A DNA stretch of 64,000 nucleotides from Glaucostegus cemiculus (lineage: Eukaryota), in NCBI GenBank assembly GCA_976551045.1, contig CDPCPM010000281.1:9424001-9488000 (forward strand). The letters run 5' to 3'. The notes below the pieces were generated by a model. The model saw only the letters and a program-made list of their open reading frames with translations, did no database searches and was not told where the DNA came from. A program made the translations under genes and the position numbers. Below, piece after piece: positions 61,481 to 64,000 of this stretch (positions are counted from its first letter, which is position 1; every line of letters begins with the position of its first letter).

Positions 61481-64000
61481 TTTACAATATGTGAACGTTG
61501 TGCTGGATGAGAGCTTTATGAGTTAATGCACTTTGTCAACAAATCAGCCAGTTAGAAATGAATGTTTATTTCACTGCACTGTTTATGTAGAAATACCTTT
61601 GATCTTATTTAGACTAGCATGTAGATTTTAAATCAAGTAGATGTGTTTACAATCAGTTGGTTTCATGATTTTCATTATTATCAATTCTCTCCATCAATGC
61701 TTATCACCAATCATAATACTCATAAGATGCTATTATGATTGTTTTCTTTTTGGCTACAAATATTCCAATCTCCTGTAATCCTTGGTAACGGACAAGAGAT
61801 TGGCTGAGAACGGCAACTGCTGCTTTGCCAGTAAACAGAAATAGCTCCTGTTCCTTTGTAATCTCATGACTGCATGCCGAAACTCAGGGCCCGGGGGAAT
61901 AATCTGCTACTTGCCCTAACAGAAGTTGCAAATGTAGAAAAGCTCCACTGATGAAAGTAGCTGTCAAATTAGAAAATTAGAGAGACTGGAAGTTGTAATA
62001 TGTATTGTTATGAGAAATAATGCAGCTTGAGTTCACACCACCCTGACCCAGCTCCATCCATCTTTCTCAGTTTGCATTTTAATTGGCTTCTAGTTACGTT
62101 TTTAAAACATTGGGAGACTGCTGACATACACAGTGTAATGGCATCTGAATAATTAATGGTGCTGGCTGGGACAGGGTTTTGCATGCTTGCACTGAGAGCA
62201 CAGTGGAAGAATACAGTAAGATATTGCAAGTCAGGATTAAATGGTTCTACACAACAAATCTATTGAGTGGGTTTGCAGAACAAAAGCACCGCCTTTTTAA
62301 ATGTTGTCAGCAATGTCATGAATGATTCTTTCAAAGGCCTGGTGTATTTTGCGATTGATTTCTATGGAAGCTAAGTTGATCTTTCTAATTAAAATGTTGG
62401 GGAAAGTAAACCACAGCGAGTGTCATTCCATCCATTTATTACTCTGGATTTTTCCATGTTTTTTTTATAGTTAGTTCCAATAGATTCCCCCTTGGAAAGA
62501 AAAAGCTGAAGCATTTTGTTCATTCTCAGACACAAATTCCCTTTGGATTACTCAGTGCCAGGGGAGAAGTTATATTTATAAGCAGATTTCAAGACAGGTA
62601 AATGTAACAAAATTCGCCTGTGGAGATGGGATTGATTTAACTTGAATAGTTCTCTAATTTCTATTTGACCCTTTTAATGGTTGGTTATTTTCATGGCAGT
62701 TTTCCTTCACCTTTGTAAGCTTTTCAGAAATTGTGAAAGAATTCCAACCTTTGTTTTTTCTGAGGAACTAGACTGAGACGTAGAAGGTTTGTTTCGCAGT
62801 GGATCTTTTTATATCATCTCTTGGAGAGAGGAGCCTTCCATTTGGTTGATCTCATTTTGGTTTGAACTGGGATCCAAACCTGTAAGACTAATCACCCCAG
62901 TTGGTATTATTGCTATTTCCAGAATGGGGTTCTATATGAATGGTGAGAGATTAATGCAAGATCTTCCTTTCTTTTAAAAATCTTTCAGGAAGGATAATCC
63001 TGAAACAAAGGAGGAGGATACACACACATACACATACATCCTAAATCCTATGTTGAAGTATTCAGGATTGTAGAATATATGATGTTGATAATGATGCTTG
63101 TCTCAAAGCCACCACTGCCACAATGATTGTGTGGCAAATCAAATACAGAACAACGATGGCATAAAATGTCTCCATTTCATTTGTTCTCTACTCTGTGATT
63201 CGCAGCTTACTGCCAGTTTATTTGTACTTTTTGACATAATTTCATTTTTCCTCCATCATCTTAGTATACCCCTGCTCTATTCTACTTTCAGTTTCGTTTC
63301 CTTGCATTTATGTGACCATGCACATCTGCACAGTCCCAAAGTGATCTACAACCAAGAGAATTACAAATATATTTGCAAATAGTTTGTGGAAGTGAAGAGA
63401 ATATGAAAGCTCTCATATTTCTTCTTACCCCCCCCCCCAGTAACCTTGGGGGGGGGGGGGGGTGGTGAGAATGAATGTGCCAAAATATGAATGTGTACAC
63501 CTAACCCAAAGTTTAATAGAACATAATGGAAAACTAAGCAACCTTTTCCCATACTAATCAAGCAAGCCTTTTTTTTCTCTTTCACAATGCCTTCTAAATC
63601 TTCATCCATACCTCATATAACTCCAACACTCCTTTTTAAAAATTGTTGTTAGGCTGCCACATTGTAAGTCCTCAAGCATTACCCCTATTTTGAATGGTCT
63701 TTGAACAATGATGATGGGAAAGTGGCCAATTGCATCATTTTTTCTTTTGATCCCCTTTATAAGATATCCTTCTCTCTGAGCTGCCACAGGCTTTAAATCT
63801 GTTGCATTACCTGGCTACTTGTCATCTAAAGGGAAGCTTACAATGAAGAGCATGTTTCCTGTCACAAGATTGAAAAGAAATTGACAAATATTGATTCCAA
63901 CAGTATGCAGAGTTAGTCACTGCACTTAGGGTCAATGGATGTCCTTCTTACATCACCCCATTTCTAAGAGGGCTCATGACATGTCAGAACATTTCATTTC

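Noticed and set aside
63250-64000. Possible degraded minus-strand CR1 (MDEDLEGIVKEKKKA)
   Set aside because: Only one weak motif; boundaries cannot be defined by eye.
1-64000. Host protein-coding exons, known miRNAs, CRISPR arrays or prokaryote-type systems
   Set aside because: None recognised. The sequence is eukaryotic, and the remaining short ORFs lack homology cues. Small exons could still be missed without RNA-seq or homology search.

Overview
AT-rich, CpG-depleted vertebrate genomic DNA with no recognisable host protein-coding exon, so probably intergenic or deep intronic. The repeat content (HE1-like V-SINEs, SacSINE1-like DeuSINEs, many CR1 and L2 fragments, Penelope-derived repeats) points to a cartilaginous fish, most likely a batoid; this is an inference from remembered repeat consensus patterns, not a database result. 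The only long intact ORF is a 5'-truncated, young Rex1/Babar LINE (39911-41933) encoding a 585-aa reverse transcriptase. Points of interest: (i) about ten Penelope-like terminal-repeat derivatives, several with minimal hammerhead ribozyme cores and a recurrent asymmetric inverted structure with a one-sided 30-nt tail; (ii) frameshifted relics of both genes of a PIF/Harbinger transposon, a transposase (+, about 11.4-12.3 kb) and a spliced Myb/SANT-like gene (-, about 20.1-21.4 kb); (iii) several repeat-poor, TAAT-rich blocks that resemble conserved non-coding enhancers. Boundaries of old repeats are approximate (tens of bp), and family names need confirmation by search.
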